Source: Felis catus (taxonomy: Eukaryota). Taken from it: a stretch of DNA of 64,000 nucleotides. Positions 1 to 14,372 of the stretch are shown here, piece after piece. The position numbers were made by a program, and so were the translations under genes. Under the pieces are notes generated by a model that worked only from the letters and a program-made list of their open reading frames with translations, did not search any database and had not been told where the DNA came from. Location: positions 123,320,001 to 123,384,000 of the forward strand of contig NC_058368.1 of the NCBI RefSeq assembly GCF_018350175.1, given 5' to 3'. Position 1 is the stretch's first letter. Each line of letters starts with the position of its first letter.

Positions 1-326
1 TTTTAAGATCATAGCAAAATTGAGCAGGAAATACATAGGATTCTTAAAAATACCCTCCCCTCCTTCTCCACCATCAACATGCCCCGCCAGTGGGCATTAC
101 TTACAACGATTCAACATTGACACATCATTATTAACCAAAGGCCATAGTTGGAAATAGGGTTGCTCTTTGTGTTGTACATTCTCTGGGTTTTGACAAAAGT
201 ATCAACATGGATCACTATCATTGTGCCATATAGAATAGTTTCAAAGCCCTCAAAATCCCCTGTGCTCTACCTATTCATCCTTCTCTCCCCTTGAACCTCT
301 GACAATCACTGATTTTTTTTTACTGT

Positions 327-744
327 TGATTAGGAGAACAAAGGCAAGAGAAATGTAGCCAAAATTAAAATTTCTTACAACTTGCAGCCCACTGATAAAT
401 ACCTGAGACATGCAGAGTGTGACATTCCTCAAGGAACTTATGGCTGCCTTATGGTTAATGTGCTAGAGACTAAAACCAACTAACTTTATTTTGAAAATAG
501 CCAAATTTCCAGGATCATATAACTCTCCTATAACATGCAGAAATCCCTTTAGAGACTTAGGTTATCTCTACCCTTCCTCTGCCAAACTTAAAAGTATATA
601 ACTAGTCACTCCTCACAATCCAGTGCAGCTCTTTCTGCCTATGGGTGCTGTCTTTGAACTATTTATATAATAAAAGCACTTTTGTGCACCATAAAATGTC
701 TCAAGAATTCTTTCTTGACAGTTTCGCTCAATGACTCAGCATCA
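327..744 (+). mobile_element. Solo LTR (ERV1-like) inserted in an old L1 fragment
   Basis: TGAT...ATCA termini, 4-bp TSD CTGT (323-326 and 745-748), AATAAA near 669; the flanks rejoin into continuous L1-like text. Confidence 0.75.
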
Positions 745-797
745 CTGTCTCTATAGTTTTGCCTTTTTTAGAATGTCATTTAGTTGGAATCACACTT

Positions 798-1455
798 TAT
801 ATAACTCTTTATGGTTTCTGGATCCCAGTTTCAACGTGGGAGGGAGGATTTCCCCAACACCAAGCAATTCTCGGACACTAGCTGGGTGTCCCGTAATTCA
901 AATTAATTCTGACACTATCTACCCAGAGATGGCATTAGATCCCACAGGTTAAGGAACCCCTCACCCACTTCAGAAGCCAGTCACAAGCTCAGATTGTCAC
1001 CTGTGCTTCTGACTGATGGGCTACAGATGAGAGGTTCCAATTGCAAATCCAGCATGTTACCTGAACTTCTGACCAACCCAGAAGCTCTCCCAACTGCCTC
1101 CTTTGGTGTTTCTATGGAGACTTCATTGCAAAGCATAACTGATAAAGTCATTGACCACTGGGGATTTATTCAACCTCTAGCCCCTCTCCCCTCCTCAGAG
1201 ATCACGGGGCGGGGGGCGGGGGTTGGGGGGTGGCATGGGAAGGGGTGCAACTGAAAGTTCCAAACCTCTAGTTACAAGGTTGTCTCCTCTGGCAACGAAC
1301 CCCCATCCCTAAGCCTTTACGAGAGTCACCATTAACATAACCAAAGATACCTTTAGCACCCTCAACACTTAGAAAATTCCAAGGATTTAGGGAGCTGTGA
1401 GGCAGGAACCACAGAAGAAGACCAAATACATATAAGAATAAATCATAATATTGCA
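798..1455. mobile_element. MER21-like LTR
   Basis: Recalled MER21-type text (ccagctgggtgtcc..aattcaattctgacactatctacc-like); ends ...aatattgca; boundaries approximate. Confidence 0.55.
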
Positions 1456-2251
1456 GTAGCCTTAACCGATTGACTTCTTTTACTTAACCATATACATTTA
1501 AATTTCCTCCTTGTCTTTTTGTGACTGCTTTACATCCTGTTACCATTCGATGTTGTCAGTGCTTTGGATTTTAACCATTCCGATAGTGTGTAGTGATATC
1601 CTATTGTTTTAATTTGCAATTCCCTAAAGACATATGATTTTGAGCAATTTTTCATATATTTTTTACTGTCTGTATATCTCCCCTGGTAAGGAAGTTCAGG
1701 TCTTTTGCCCATCTTTAACTTGAATTGCTCATTTTCTTATTGTTGAGTTTTAAGAAATTTTTGGATATTTTGGGTAATGGTCCTTTGTTATATACATCTT
1801 TGGCAAATATTTTCTTCCAGTCAGTGGCTTACCTTCTCATTCTCTTGACAGTTCTCTTCTGCAATGAAGAAATTTTGAATTTTAATAAACTCTTGAGACA
1901 GGGAAACTGAAGGACTCCATAAAAATCTGCTTCTTCCTCCTTTTCCCGCTTCTGTTTTTGCTAGGACCTGCACCCCCACCCCACCTCACACATACCTGGT
2001 AAATGGTGTATGTCCTCCTCCATAAGGGACAAGGAGTTAATGATTCTCTAGGATAAATAACATCTATGAAGGAGCAGGTGAGAATGAAAACAGGAAACAG
2101 AAAAACGGAAAACAGGAAAACATGACCCTGAATCTGGAAAAATATCAATCATAAAAACAGATCCAGGCATGACACAAGTGATATCATTGATAAATGAGGC
2201 TATTAAGCCAGTTATCTCAAGAAGAAAGCTAGAGCATGTTCAGTAAAATAG

Positions 2252-2256
<5 letters not shown>

Positions 2257-2319
<63 letters not shown>
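2257..2319 (+). repeat. (GAAA)n microsatellite within an old L1 remnant
   Basis: Direct tandem GAAA array. Confidence 0.95.
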
Positions 2320-2710
2320 ATTAAAGTATATTTATAAAGATGAAAAAACAAAAAGTTTGAGAAGGAAAATACACTATATGGCATTAACAGTAGATTAGCT
2401 AGTGCAGAAGAATAAACTGATAAACTTGAAGACACAGCATTAGAAATGAGCAAAAATAAAACACAGGAAATATATTTACATATTTATATAAGTAAAATAT
2501 CAATATATTGTATATATTATATATGAATATCAATAAGTTGTGGGACAACTTCCCACAGTGAGAGGGGGAAGAATGAGGAAGGAGTGAAAAAAATATTTGA
2601 AAAAATAATAGTTAATAAAATTTCAAAATTTGATGAAAACGATAAACCCATAGATCCAGGGATCTTAATAAACCCCAAGTACAAGAGTGATGATAAAACT
2701 CAGCTTTGCA

Positions 2711-2927
2711 GGGGTGCCTGGGCGGCTCAGTCGGTTGAGCGACCAACTTTGGCTCAGGTCATGATCTCACAGTTTGTGAGTTTGAGCCCCGCATCGGGCT
2801 CTGTGCTGACAGCTTGGAGCCTGGAGCCTGCTTCTGATTCTGTGTCTCCTTCTCTCTCTTCCCCTCCCCCACTCATGCTCTGTCTCTGTCTCAGAAATAA
2901 ATAAACATTAAAAAAATTAAAGAAAAA
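2711..2927 (+). mobile_element. SINEC (Can-SINE)
   Basis: ggggtgcctgggcggctcagtcgg head, CT tract, AATAAA and A tail; TSD aaaactcagctttgc. Confidence 0.95.
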
Positions 2928-4455
2928 AAAACTCAGCTTTGCTTATAAACCTTTCATCTTAATGCCTGTCTCTGTATCTGAACCTAACCATTTCTCAAAA
3001 TATCCCTTAGTTCTTATTTGTTTTCTAATAAGTCTGAGAGTTAGATCCTCTGTGATATCTGATCCTGACGACTCTTCTCAGCCTTTCCTCACCCCACTCC
3101 CACGAATGTGCTGTCCTCCGGGCTCCCCTACTTATTTGTGTATAATGTAAATCAAATTGCTTTCTTCTCCTCTTACCTGTGAGCTTCTCTTATTCATCTT
3201 TAAATTCCCAGAGTCTAATAAACTTTCTGGAATCAGTGGGTTCCACCCAGCAAGTGTCTGAGAAAAGAATGAAGAATGTAGGCTCTATGAATCCTTCTTT
3301 GTTTTCACTACATTTTCAGCATCTGGTAATACTTGGACTAATTGGTACTCAATTATTATCTTGGAAGGAAGGAAGGAATTTTTATAGGTTAGGATTTGCA
3401 AAATTAGAATCATTCTGCAAGCTTCCATGTGCAAGACATTGTTCTATGCATGGAGACATGGAGACACAATAGTGAAAAAGATCCATGAGCCCTTATCCTA
3501 GCATGCATGTGCATGCATTTGTGTGTACGATTGTGTCTACCTATGTATTTATTGGATGGGAAAATATACAAGTAACTAATTAAATGATAAAGATAATTTT
3601 AGATATCAAAAAGAACTAAAAAGGCAAGTAATCTGATTTGGGATAGGTGTGTTTTGAATTGTCAGGAAAATCTTCACTGAGCAAGTATATGTGAACTGAT
3701 ATTTAAAAAAAAAAAAATGAACTAGCCATTCAAGTTTCTCAGCCAAGATTTTTCCAAGAAGAGGAAACAATAAGTGCAAGAAACCTGAAGTGAAGAGTAT
3801 ATCACATATTTGAAAAAGAGAGAGAAGGCAAGTGTAGATAGCATTTATGTACAATGACTAAAACCCACCTGTGAAAAACTTGCTAAAATAAAAATATTAA
3901 ATAGGAACCAACAAGCACGTGCTGCCTAAAAGCAAGGGGTTGAAGGACACAGCCTCCAATTCACATTCACCTTGAATGTCTAGATTTTTAATTTAATGAC
4001 TATTAGGGTACATTCTTAGTCTGCCTAATGAATTCCTCAACCTCAAAACCCCTCACATCAGTATTTTCACTTTCCTGGTGGTTGTGACTCCAAACATTAT
4101 TAATGTGCATATATTGTACAGATCGTCCTACAGATTACCACCAGATGGAAGCTTTCTGGCCCAAGGTTTGGCTGGGAGCAGATCAAAATATGCAAAGTAG
4201 AATAAAATGACTCAATTGCAATTATCACCGTGTGCTGCTGGTGGAAGCAAACTCTGTGTGTATTACGCGTAATTGACTTCATTCCACCTAAACACCATTT
4301 TTGGCCATTATCCCTGACTGGTTGGAAAAGGCATGAAATAAGCTTCTTTGGTTTCTGGTGTCTCTAATCACTGGGGAAATAGATTACACAATCAGGGTGG
4401 AGAATCTGGCTGGCTGACAAATGTATATACTTCGATGCATGCATATGAATCCATT

Positions 4456-4463
4456 TATAAATA
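4456..4463 (+). promoter_or_regulatory. Candidate TATA box of the SPINK12-like gene
   Basis: TATAAATA about 75 bp upstream of the ATG at 4536. Confidence 0.55.
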
Positions 4464-4535
4464 CAGCTTGTAGATCATCCACAAAAGTGGACTCTATTAA
4501 CACATTCCCTACAGGCCTTGCAGACCTCATTGACC

Positions 4536-4596
4536 ATGCAGCCATCAGGCAGCCTCCTGTTTTTGGTCACTGTGGCCTATTTGTTCCTCTTTGCAG
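4536..4596 (+). pseudogene. SPINK12-like exon 1 (signal peptide)
   Basis: gaccATG, hydrophobic MQPSGSLLFLVTVAYLFLFA, donor CAG|GTGAGT, phase 1. Confidence 0.85.
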
Positions 4597-5485
4597 GTGA
4601 GTACTATATGTGTAAGAAATGACGTTCTGGACCAGACTGGTTAATGTCATCTCCTGATGTATGTTGTTTATGATGACAATAATAATTATGATGATAAGGA
4701 TGGTTAATGATGGTGACTGTCCATCACACTTTTAATTCAGAAGAAACTTTTATTTATAAATTAGCTACTTTAATTATCAGTATAATACCACACAAGAAAT
4801 GATTTTATCCCACTGTAAAAACAGTATTATGTCTCATAGGATGAGATGACCTATCCTAGCTCACATGGGCCCCAAGTGGCTAATCTAGGAGCTCCAAGGC
4901 AATTAATTTATGTTCCCTTCAGCAGACCACAGTGAACAACATAGGCCTCATTCTTCAAGGAAAAAATTTATCTTGAAATTAGAAATTATCACTTAAAGTC
5001 ACCTTCAAGAAATTCTTATCTAGGGGGGCTCAACTGCCAGAATTTTCCTGAGAAGATTTCGTTTCTTACTTACCCTGTAGGTAAGCAAAGTAAAGAGATA
5101 ATTAGAAAAACGGAGTCAGAGAGAGAGAAGTAGAAAGCCCCCACAACTAGGATTTTAAGATTTGGTTTCTAACCCTCATTATGCTACTATCGTTTTCTTT
5201 AATATTGAGCAACTCCTTTTGTCTGGCTTCTGTTTCATCACATGAAAATAGAGTGCAAACCTTACATGCTCTAAGACTTCTTTTTAATAAAAGATTATGC
5301 TTAAGTACATTAGCTTTCAAGTCTGAAAGACCTGGGTTTGAATCCTTGTTCTGTCATTTACAAAGTGTGTGTCCTTAGACAAGTTATTTGCCCCAGCGCT
5401 CAGCTTCCTTATCTTTGGGATTGTTGGAATGCCTTAATGTGTATATAAGATTTAATACAGTGCTTGCTTAAAATACAGAAGTCTT

Positions 5486-5693
5486 GGGCGCCTGGGTGGC
5501 ACAGTCGGTTAAGCGTCCGACTTCAGCCAGGTCACGATCTCGCAGTCCGTGAGTTCGAGCCCCGCGTCAGGCTCTGTGCTGACCGCTCAGAGCCTGGAGC
5601 CTGTTTCCGATTCTGTGTCTCCCTCTCTCTCTGCCCCTCCCCCGTTCATGCTCTGTCTCTCTCTGTCCCAAAAATAAATAAACGTTGAAAAAA
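5486..5693 (+). mobile_element. SINEC_Fc-type SINE
   Basis: gggcgcctgggtggcacagtcgg head; TSD aaaatacagaagtct. Confidence 0.95.
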
Positions 5694-6240
5694 AAAATAC
5701 AGAAGTCTGCCAAGTAGATGGTAGATATTGTGTTAGTGGGAAAAGTGGTGAATCATGATTTTTTTTCAAGTGTTCTCAAAATTATTTTGTTATATTATAT
5801 ATTAGCACTTTGGTTGCCAGTTGTCTTGATTGGCCTTTAAGCAAATGGATTTTGGAATTTTCAACTTCTTTCTGGTTAAATATATGCTTCTTTGATAAAG
5901 AATAGATCTAGAGTCTGCCTTCCTTTCTTCAGGAATAGCTTAGTTTTAAAGTAAACCTTAAACAAATGAACCACATGAATCATAAAAGCCACATAAATCA
6001 TAAATAGGAAATGTAGTGAAAAGAGCTCTGCACTGGGCCTTTGTAACCTGGCCTGTAGCTCGGTTGTGTGGCTAACAAGCTGTGTGTCCTGAGCAATTTT
6101 CTTCCCTTCTCTGGGCCTCAGTTTTTCATCCATGAAACAAGACTGTCGTAATGGACAATCTCTAAGGGTAATTTTAGCTGTTAAATTCTAGAATTCTTCT
6201 GAGCTGTTGAGATTTACCTGTGTGTGTTCTATCATTGCAG

Positions 6241-6266
6241 AGGCTGTAAGCCAAGGAGGCTCTCAG
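6241..6266 (+). pseudogene. SPINK12-like exon 2
   Basis: tgcag|AGGCTGTAAGCCAAGGAGGCTCTCAG|gtacgt; 26 nt, (E)AVSQGGSQ, phase 1 to 0. Confidence 0.8.
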
Positions 6267-6332
6267 GTACGTAGTTCTCTATCATGGGTCCTTTTCTATC
6301 ACAAGAGGTTGTCTCACAACAATAGCAAATCT

Positions 6333-6560
6333 TTTTTTTTTTTTAATGTTTATTTACTTTGAGAGAGAGAGAGAGAACGCTCGTGTGCATGCATGCAAGC
6401 AGGGGAGGGGCAGACAGAGGAGAGAGAGAGAATCCCAAACAGGCTCCATGCTTTCAGTGTGGAGACTGACACAGGGCTCGATCCTGTGAACCATGAGATC
6501 ATGGCCTGAGATGAAATCAAGAGTCAGACGTGGAACCAACTGAGCCACCCAGGGTACCCC
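6333..6560 (-). mobile_element. SINEC
   Basis: Reverse-strand SINE; TSD aacaatagca(a/g)atctt. Confidence 0.9.
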
Positions 6561-8189
6561 AACAATAGCAGATCTTGAGCTGAGAGGTACAATAGCTGTT
6601 AAGATCTTCAGAGTTTCTTTGGCAAGGCTGGTGAGAAGCTAGAATGGTGGCGTGACGCACTGATACAGACAAATGTCATCGCTGGTGCAGATGCACCAAA
6701 GGACTTGAAAACCATCTCCTTTTTTCTTTAAATCAGGCAAACGTCCCATTTCCATATAAGGAATTTATAGGCAATGTTTACAAAAGTATGGAGCAAATAT
6801 CCTTTATTTTCCAAATCAGGTTAATTTTGAAAGTGAAAGTCGTGCTTACAAGAGTTGTAACAAGAAGATAATAAAAAATTGAGAGGATCCCAAGCAATTC
6901 AGAACATACAGTAACTCTGGGTGTGTGTACCTTGTTCATCAAATGCACGTTCCTGCTTCTTACACAAACATCTTAAACCTATCAGTTGAGTCAGGACCTC
7001 TAGGGATTTTGAGGCTGAGGAATCTTCATTTTAAGAAACACTCTGACATTTTGGTAGCCTTTAAAATTGGAGAATCACAGTTCTAAATTTTACTAAACAT
7101 ACTCGAGTATACAGAGTAAGTATTTACCAGGCTCATAAATGTTGAATCCCCTGGTAGTTTGTGTTGCCAATTAGTAATTACAGGATCTACATTCTTGAGA
7201 AGGTCTATAATCAAAATAATACTAATAGGAATAATAGGACCTGTGTTAAAAAATAGATACAGGGAGATGTTCAGAAGATGGCGGCGTAGGAGGACGCTGG
7301 GCTCACCGAACGTCCTGCTGATCACTTAGATTCCACCTACACCTGCCTAAATAACCCAGAAAACCACCAGAGGATTAGCAGAACGGAGTCTCCGGAGCCA
7401 AGCGCAGACGAGAGGCCCACGGAAGAGGGTAGGAAGGGCGGCGAGGCGGTGCGCGCTCCACGGACTGGCGGGAGGGAGCCGGGGCGGAGGGGCGGCCCAC
7501 TGGCCAAGCAGAGCCCTGAGTCTGGCTGGCAAAAGCAGAGGGGCCGGGCGGAGTGTGTTCCGACAGCAAGCGGACTTAGCATCTGGGAGATCATAAGTTA
7601 ACAGCTCTGCTCTGAAAGCGGGAAGGCTGGAGGACAAAGGGAGGGAGAGTTGCTGAGCCCCCGGATGACAGAGCTCAGTTTGGCGGGGAACAAAGGCGCT
7701 CACCAGCGCCATCTCCCTCGCCCATCCCCCAGCCAAAATCCCAAAGGGAACCAGTTCCTGCAAGGGAACTTGCTCGCTTGGCGCAAACACCCAACGCTGT
7801 TCTTCTGCAGAGCCACTCCTCCGGCAGCGGGTCTGACTCCCTCCCGCTGCCCAGGGCCCCTCCTGGGGTGGATCACCTAAGGAGAAGTGAGCTAAGCCTG
7901 CCCCTCCGGCCCCCGTGCACCTTGCCTACCCACCCCAGCTAATACACCAGATCCCCAGCACCACAAGCCTGGCAGTGTGTAAGTAGCCCAGACGGGCCAC
8001 GCCACCCCACAGTGAATCCCGCCCCTAGGAGAGGGGAAGAGAAAGCACACACCAGTCTGACTGTGGCCCCAGCGGTGGGCTGGGGGCAGACATCAGGTTT
8101 GACTGCGACTCCGCCCACCAGCTCCAGTTATACACCACAGCACAGGGGAAGTGCCCTGCAGGTCCTCACCACGCCAGGGACTATCCAAA

Positions 8190-9083
8190 ATGACCAAACG
8201 GAAGAATTCCCCTCAGAAGAATCTCCAGGAAATAACAATAGCTAATGAACTGATCAAAAAGGATTTAAATGATATAACAGAAAGCAAATTTAGGAAAGTA
8301 GTGATAAAATTAATCTCTGGGCTTGAAAACAGTATAGAGGACAGCAGAGAATCTCTTGCTACAGAGATCAAGGGACTAAGGAACAGTCAGGAGGAGCTGA
8401 AAACCGCTTTAAACGAGATGCAAAATAAAATGGAAACGTCCACGGCTCAGATTGAAGAGGCAGAGGAGAGAATAGGTGAACTAGAAGATAAAGTTATGGA
8501 AAAAGAGGAAGCTGAGAAAAAGAGAGAGAAAAAAAATCCAGGAGTATGAGGGGAAAATTAGAGAACTAAGTGATACACTAAAAAGAAATAATATACACAT
8601 AATTGGTATCCCAGAGGAGGAAGAGAGAGGGAAAGGTGCTGAAGGTGTACTTGAAGAAATAACAGCTGAGAACTTCCCTGAACTGGGGAAGGAAAAAGGC
8701 ATTGAAATCCAAGAGGCACAGAGAACTCCCTTCAGATGTAACTTGAATCGATCTTCTGCACGACATATCATAGTGAAACTGGCAAAATACAAGGATAAGA
8801 GAAAATTCTGAAAGCAGCAAGGGTTAAACATGCCCTAACATATAAAGGGAGACCTATAAGACTCGTGACTGATCTCTCTTTTGAAACTTGGCAGACCAGA
8901 AAGAATTGGCACGAGATCTTCAATGTGATGAACAGGAAAAATATGCAGCTGAGAATCCTTTATCCAGCAAGTCTGTCATTTAGAATAGAAGGAGAGATAA
9001 AGGTCTTCCCAAACAAACAAAAACTGAAGGAATTTGTCACCACTAAACCAGCCCTACAAGAGATCCTAAGGGGAATCCTGTGA
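8190..9083 (+). pseudogene. L1 ORF1p (frameshifted)
   Basis: MTKRKNSPQK...coiled coil...ILYPASLSFRIEGEIKVF; frame broken at the A run near 8530. Confidence 0.9.
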
Positions 9084-9133
9084 GACAAAGTACCAGAGAC
9101 ATCGCTACAAGCATAAAACATACAGACATCACA

Positions 9134-12100
9134 ATGACTCTAAACCCATATCTTTCTATAATAACACTGAATGTAAATGGACTAAATGTGCCAACCAAAA
9201 GACATAGGGTATCAGAATGGATAAAAAAAACAAGACCCATCTATTTGCTGTCTACAAGAACTCATTTTAGACCTGAGGACACCTTCAGATTGAGAGTGAG
9301 GGGATGGAGAACTATTTATCATATTACTGGAAGCCAAAAGAAAGCTGGAGTAGCCATACTTATATCAGACAAACTAGACTTTAAATTAAAGGCTGTAACA
9401 AGAAATGAAGAAGGGCATTATATCATAATTACAGGGTCTATCCATCAGGAAGAGCTAACAGTTATAAATGTCTATGCGCCAAATACAGGAGCCCCCAAAT
9501 ATATAAAACAATTACTCATAAACATAAGCAACCTTATTGATAAGAATGTGGTAATTGCAGGGGACTTTAATACCCCACTTACAGAAATGGATAGATCATC
9601 TAGACACACGGTCAATAAAGAAACAAGGGCCCTGAATGAGACATTGGATCAGATGGACTTGACAGATATATTTAGAACTCTGCATCCCAAAGCAGCAGAA
9701 TATACTTTCTTCTCGAGTGCGCATGGAACATTCTCCAAGATAGATCATATACTGGGTCACAAAACAGCCCTTCAAAAGTTCACAAGAATTGAAATTATAC
9801 CATGCATACTTTCAGACCACAATGCTATGAAGCTTGAAATCAACCACAGGAAAAAGTCTGGAAAACCTCCAAAAGCATGGAGGTTAAAGAACACCCTACT
9901 AAAGAATGAGTGGGTCAACCAGGCAATTAGAGAAGAAATTAAAAAATATATGGAAACAAATTAAAATGAAAATACAACAATCCAAATGCTTTGGGACGCA
10001 GCGAAGGCAGTTCTGAGAGGAAAATACATTGCAATCCAGGCCTATCTCAAGAAACAAGAAAAATCCCAAATACAAAATCTAACAGCACACCTAAAGGAAC
10101 TAGAAGCAGAACAGCAAAGGCAGCCTAAACCCAGCAGAAGAAGAGAAATAATAAAGATCAGAGCAGAAATAAACAATATAGAATCTAAAAAAACTGTAGA
10201 GCAGATCAACGAAACCAAGAGTTGGTTTTTTGAAAAAATAAACAAAATTGACAAACCTCTAGCCAGGCTTCTCAAAAAGAAAAGGGAGATGACCCAAATA
10301 GATAAAATCATGAATGAAAATGGAATTATTACAACCAATCCCTCAAAGATACAAACAATTATCAGGGAATACTATGAAAAATTATATGCCAACAAATTGG
10401 ACAACCTGGAAGAAATGGACAAATTCCTGAACACCCACACGCTTCCAAAACTCAATCAGGAGGAAATAGAAAGCTTGAACAGACCCATAACCAGCGAAGA
10501 AATTGAATCGGTTATCAAAAATCTCCCAACAAATAAGAGTCCAGGACCAGATGGCTTCCCAGGGGAGTTCTACCAGATGTTTAAAGCAGAGATAATACCT
10601 ATCCTTCTCAAGCTATTCCAAGAAATAGGAAGGGAAGGAAAACTTCCAGACTCATTCTATGAAGCCAGTATTACTTTGATTCCTAAACCAGACAGAGACC
10701 CAGTAAAAAAAGAGAACTACAGGCCAATATCCCTGATGAATATGGATGCAAAAATTCTCAATAAGATACTAGCAAATCGAATTCAACGGCATATAAAAAG
10801 AATTATTCACCATGATCAAGTGGGATTCATTCCTGGGATGCAGGGCTGGTTCAACATTCGCAAATCAATCAACGTGATACATCATATTAATAAAAGAAAA
10901 GAGAAGAACCATATGATCCTGTCAATCAATGCAGAAAAGGCCTTTGACAAAATTCAGCACCCTTTCTTAATAAAAACCCTTGAGAAAGTCGGGATAGAAG
11001 GAACATACTTAAACATCATAAAAGTCATTTATGAAAAGCCCACAGCTAACATCATCCTCAGTGGGGAAAAACTGAGAGCTTTTTCCCTGAGATCAGGAAC
11101 ACAACAGGGATGCCCACTCTCACCACTGTTGTTTAATATAGGGTTGGAAGTTCTAGCATCAGCAATCAGACAACAAAAGGAAATCAAAGGCATCAAAAAT
11201 GGCAAAGATGAAGTCAAGCTTTCACTTTTTGCAGATGACATGATACTATACATGGAAAATCCGATAGACTCCACCAAAAGTCTGCTAGAATTGATACAGG
11301 AATTCAGCAAAGTTGCAGGATACAAAATCAATGTACAGAAATTAGTTGCATTCTTATACACTAATAATGAAGCAACAGAAAGACAAATAAAGAAACTGAT
11401 CCCATTCACAATTGCACCAAGAAGCAATACCTAGGAATAAATCTAACCAAAGATGTGAAAGATCTGTATGCTGAAAACTATAGAAAGCTTATGAAGGTAA
11501 TTGAAGAAGATTTAAAGAAATGGAAAGACATTCCCTGCTCATGGATTGGAAGAATAAATATTGTCAAAATGTCAATACTACCCAAAGCTATCTACACATT
11601 CAATGCAATCCCAATCAAAATTGCACCAGCATTCTTCTCGAAACTAGAACAAGCAATCCTAAAATTCATATGGAACCACAAAAGGCCCCAAATAGCCAAA
11701 GTAATTTTGAAGAAGAAGACCAAAGCAGGAGGCATCACAATCCCAGACTTTAGCCTCTACTACAAAGCTGTCATCATCAAGACAGCATGGTATTGGCACA
11801 AAAACAGACACATAGACCAATGGAATAGAATAGAAACCCCAGAACTAGACCCACAAACATATGGCCAACTAATCTTTGACAAAGCAGGAAAGAACATCCA
11901 ATGGAAAAAAGACAGTCTCTTTAACAAATGGTGCTGAGAGAACTGGACAGCAACATGCAGAAGGTTGAAACTAGACCACTTTCTCACAACATTCACAAAA
12001 ATAAACTCAAAATGGATAAAGGACCTGAATGTGAGACAGGAAACCATCCAAACCCTAGAGGAGAAAGCAGGAAAAGACCTCTCTGACCCAGCCGTAGCAA

Positions 12101-12953
12101 TATCTTACTCGACACATCCCCAAAGGCAAGGGAATTAAAAGCAAAAATGAATTACTGGAACCTTATGAAGATAAAGAGCTTCTGCACAGCAAAGGAAACA
12201 ACCAACAAAGCTAAAAGGCAACCAACGGAATGGGAAAAGATATTTGCAAATGACATATTGGACAAAGGGCTAATATCCAAAATCTATAAAGAGCTCACCA
12301 AACTCCACACCCAAAAAGCAAATAACCCAGTGAAGAAATGGGCAGAAAACATGAATAGACACTTCTCTAAAGAAGACATCCGGATGGCCAACAGGCACAT
12401 GAAAAGATGCTCAATGTCGCTCCTTATCAGGGAAATACAAATCAAAACCACACTCAGATATCACCTCACGCCAGTCAGAGTGGCCAAAATGAACAAATCA
12501 GGAGACTATAGATGCTGGAGAGGATGTGGAGAAACGGGAACCCTCTTGCACTGTTGGTGGGAATGCAAACTGGTGCAGCCACTCTGGAAAGCAGTGTGGA
12601 GGTTCCTCAGAAAATTAAAAATAGACCTACCCTATGACCCAGCAATAGCACTGCTAGGAATTTACCCAAGGGATACAGGAGGACTGATGCATAGGGGCAC
12701 TTGTACCCCAATGTTTATAGCAGCACTCTCAACAATAGCCAAATTATGGAAAGAGCCTAAATGTCCATTAACTGATGAATGGATAAAGAAATTGTGGTTT
12801 ATATACACAATGGAGTACTACAGGGCAATGAGAAAGAATGAAATATGGCCCTTTGTAGCAACGTGGATGGAACTGGAGAGTGTGATGCTAAGTGAAATAA
12901 GCCATACAGAGAAAGACAGATACCATATGGTTTCACTCTTATGTGGATCCTGA
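9134..12953 (+). pseudogene. L1 ORF2p endonuclease/reverse transcriptase (disrupted)
   Basis: TLNVNGLN, GDFN and SDHN endonuclease motifs; QGCPLSP and LFADD RT motifs; C-terminal HCWWEC. Stops at 9962-9964 and 11935-11937; frameshifts near 11430 and 12090. Confidence 0.95.
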
Positions 12954-13355
12954 GAAACTTAACAGGAACCCATGGGGGAGGGGGAAAAAGAAAAAAAAAA
13001 AAGAGGTTAGAGTGGGAGAGAGCCAAAGCATAAGAGACTGTTAAAAACTGAGAACAAAGTGAGGGTTGATGGGGGGTGGGAGGCAGGAGAGGGTGGGTGA
13101 TGGGTATTGAGGAGGGCACCTTTTGGGATGAGCACTGGGTGTTGTATGGAAACCATTTTGACAATAAATGTCATATATTGAAAAAAAAATAGATACATAC
13201 TTTGAAATATAAAAAACATATAGTAAAGGAGTTTGGCTTGTTTTTTTGAAATATAAGCTTTGAGAAAGAGAATATTTAGGCTCATATTACAGCCCTATTA
13301 CTCAATGAATGTTTGATTTTAGGTAACTTACTTCAGTATTCTGTGCCCCAGTTTC

Positions 13356-13571
13356 TTTTTTTTTTTTTAATTTTTTTAACATGTATTTATTTTTGAGAGA
13401 CAGAGAGAGAGCATGAGTGATGAGGGACAAAGAGAGAGGGAGTCACAGAAACTGAAGCCCAGGTTCTGAGCTGCGAACACAGAGCCCAACACGAGGCTCC
13501 AACCCATGAACTGTGAGATCATGACCTGAGTTGAACTCAAAGGCTTAACCGACTGAGCCACCCAGGTGCCC
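13356..13571 (-). mobile_element. SINEC
   Basis: T tail, GA tract, ends cccaggtgcccc; TSD ccccagttt. Confidence 0.9.
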
Positions 13572-14284
13572 CACCCCAGTTTATCAATAAAATTCAACTA
13601 ATAATAGTGCTTAGTTCAATATTATGTGAGTTAATTTATATACCACCCACAAGAGTGTTTAGCACATAAAAAAATGCTAAACACAAATTAGCTATTATTA
13701 TAATTTTCATGATTAAATTTTAATAACTAAGTTACATTTATAATTTCACTTTATAATTGAATATTAAATATTTTTAACAAAATGTTTCTAAAGAGAAAGA
13801 AGGAGAAACAACTTCAGGGCTTTTAAAAATTTAATCCACTCCACAAATATTCTGCACACTGATAAATACCAGAGAATAGTCTAACATTTAACTTTTGCCA
13901 CAGGATTCTCTATTTTAAAATCATAGATACTTTTCACCTGCCAAGAAGGTAATATCTAACTTCTTTAGCCTTGCATTGAAGTCCGTTCCCACGTGTGAGC
14001 AGTCTCCTTGATTAGCCTCATTCATTCTATACCCGACCCCCACCCTCGCCGTGACCAATGCTCTGCCCACCTCTCAGATGCCTTTGCTGATGCTGCTGTT
14101 TATCTGAAGGACAACTGCCAGCCACTGTGGGCGCCATTATTAATTGTGCCCATTCTCTCAGTTGGAAGGACTCTTACATCCCCTCTCAGGTACCCTACAT
14201 ATATAGAAATCTCCTATGGGCACAATCCCTTCTATCTATTGTCATTGCCTTCTTATCTGTATTTCTGTTGAAATTTATTGATGT

Positions 14285-14372
14285 TATGGGTATTGAGGAG
14301 GGCACCTTTTGGGGTGAGCACTGGGTGTTGTATGAAAACCAATTTGTCAATAAATTTCATATAAAAAAAAAA
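14285..14372 (+). mobile_element. 88-bp 5'-truncated L1 3' end
   Basis: Near copy of the L1 tail at about 13100-13185; perfect 15-bp TSD GAAATTTATTGATGT (14270-14284 and 14373-14387). Confidence 0.9.

Larger units (their letters stand above)
7262..13183 (+). mobile_element. Near-full-length LINE-1 (felid/carnivore type), inactive
   Basis: CpG-rich 5' UTR, ORF1, ORF2, G-rich 3' UTR, AATAAA and short A tail; 14-bp TSD AAAAAATAGATACA at 7248-7261 and 13184-13197, at a TT|AAAA site. Confidence 0.97.
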
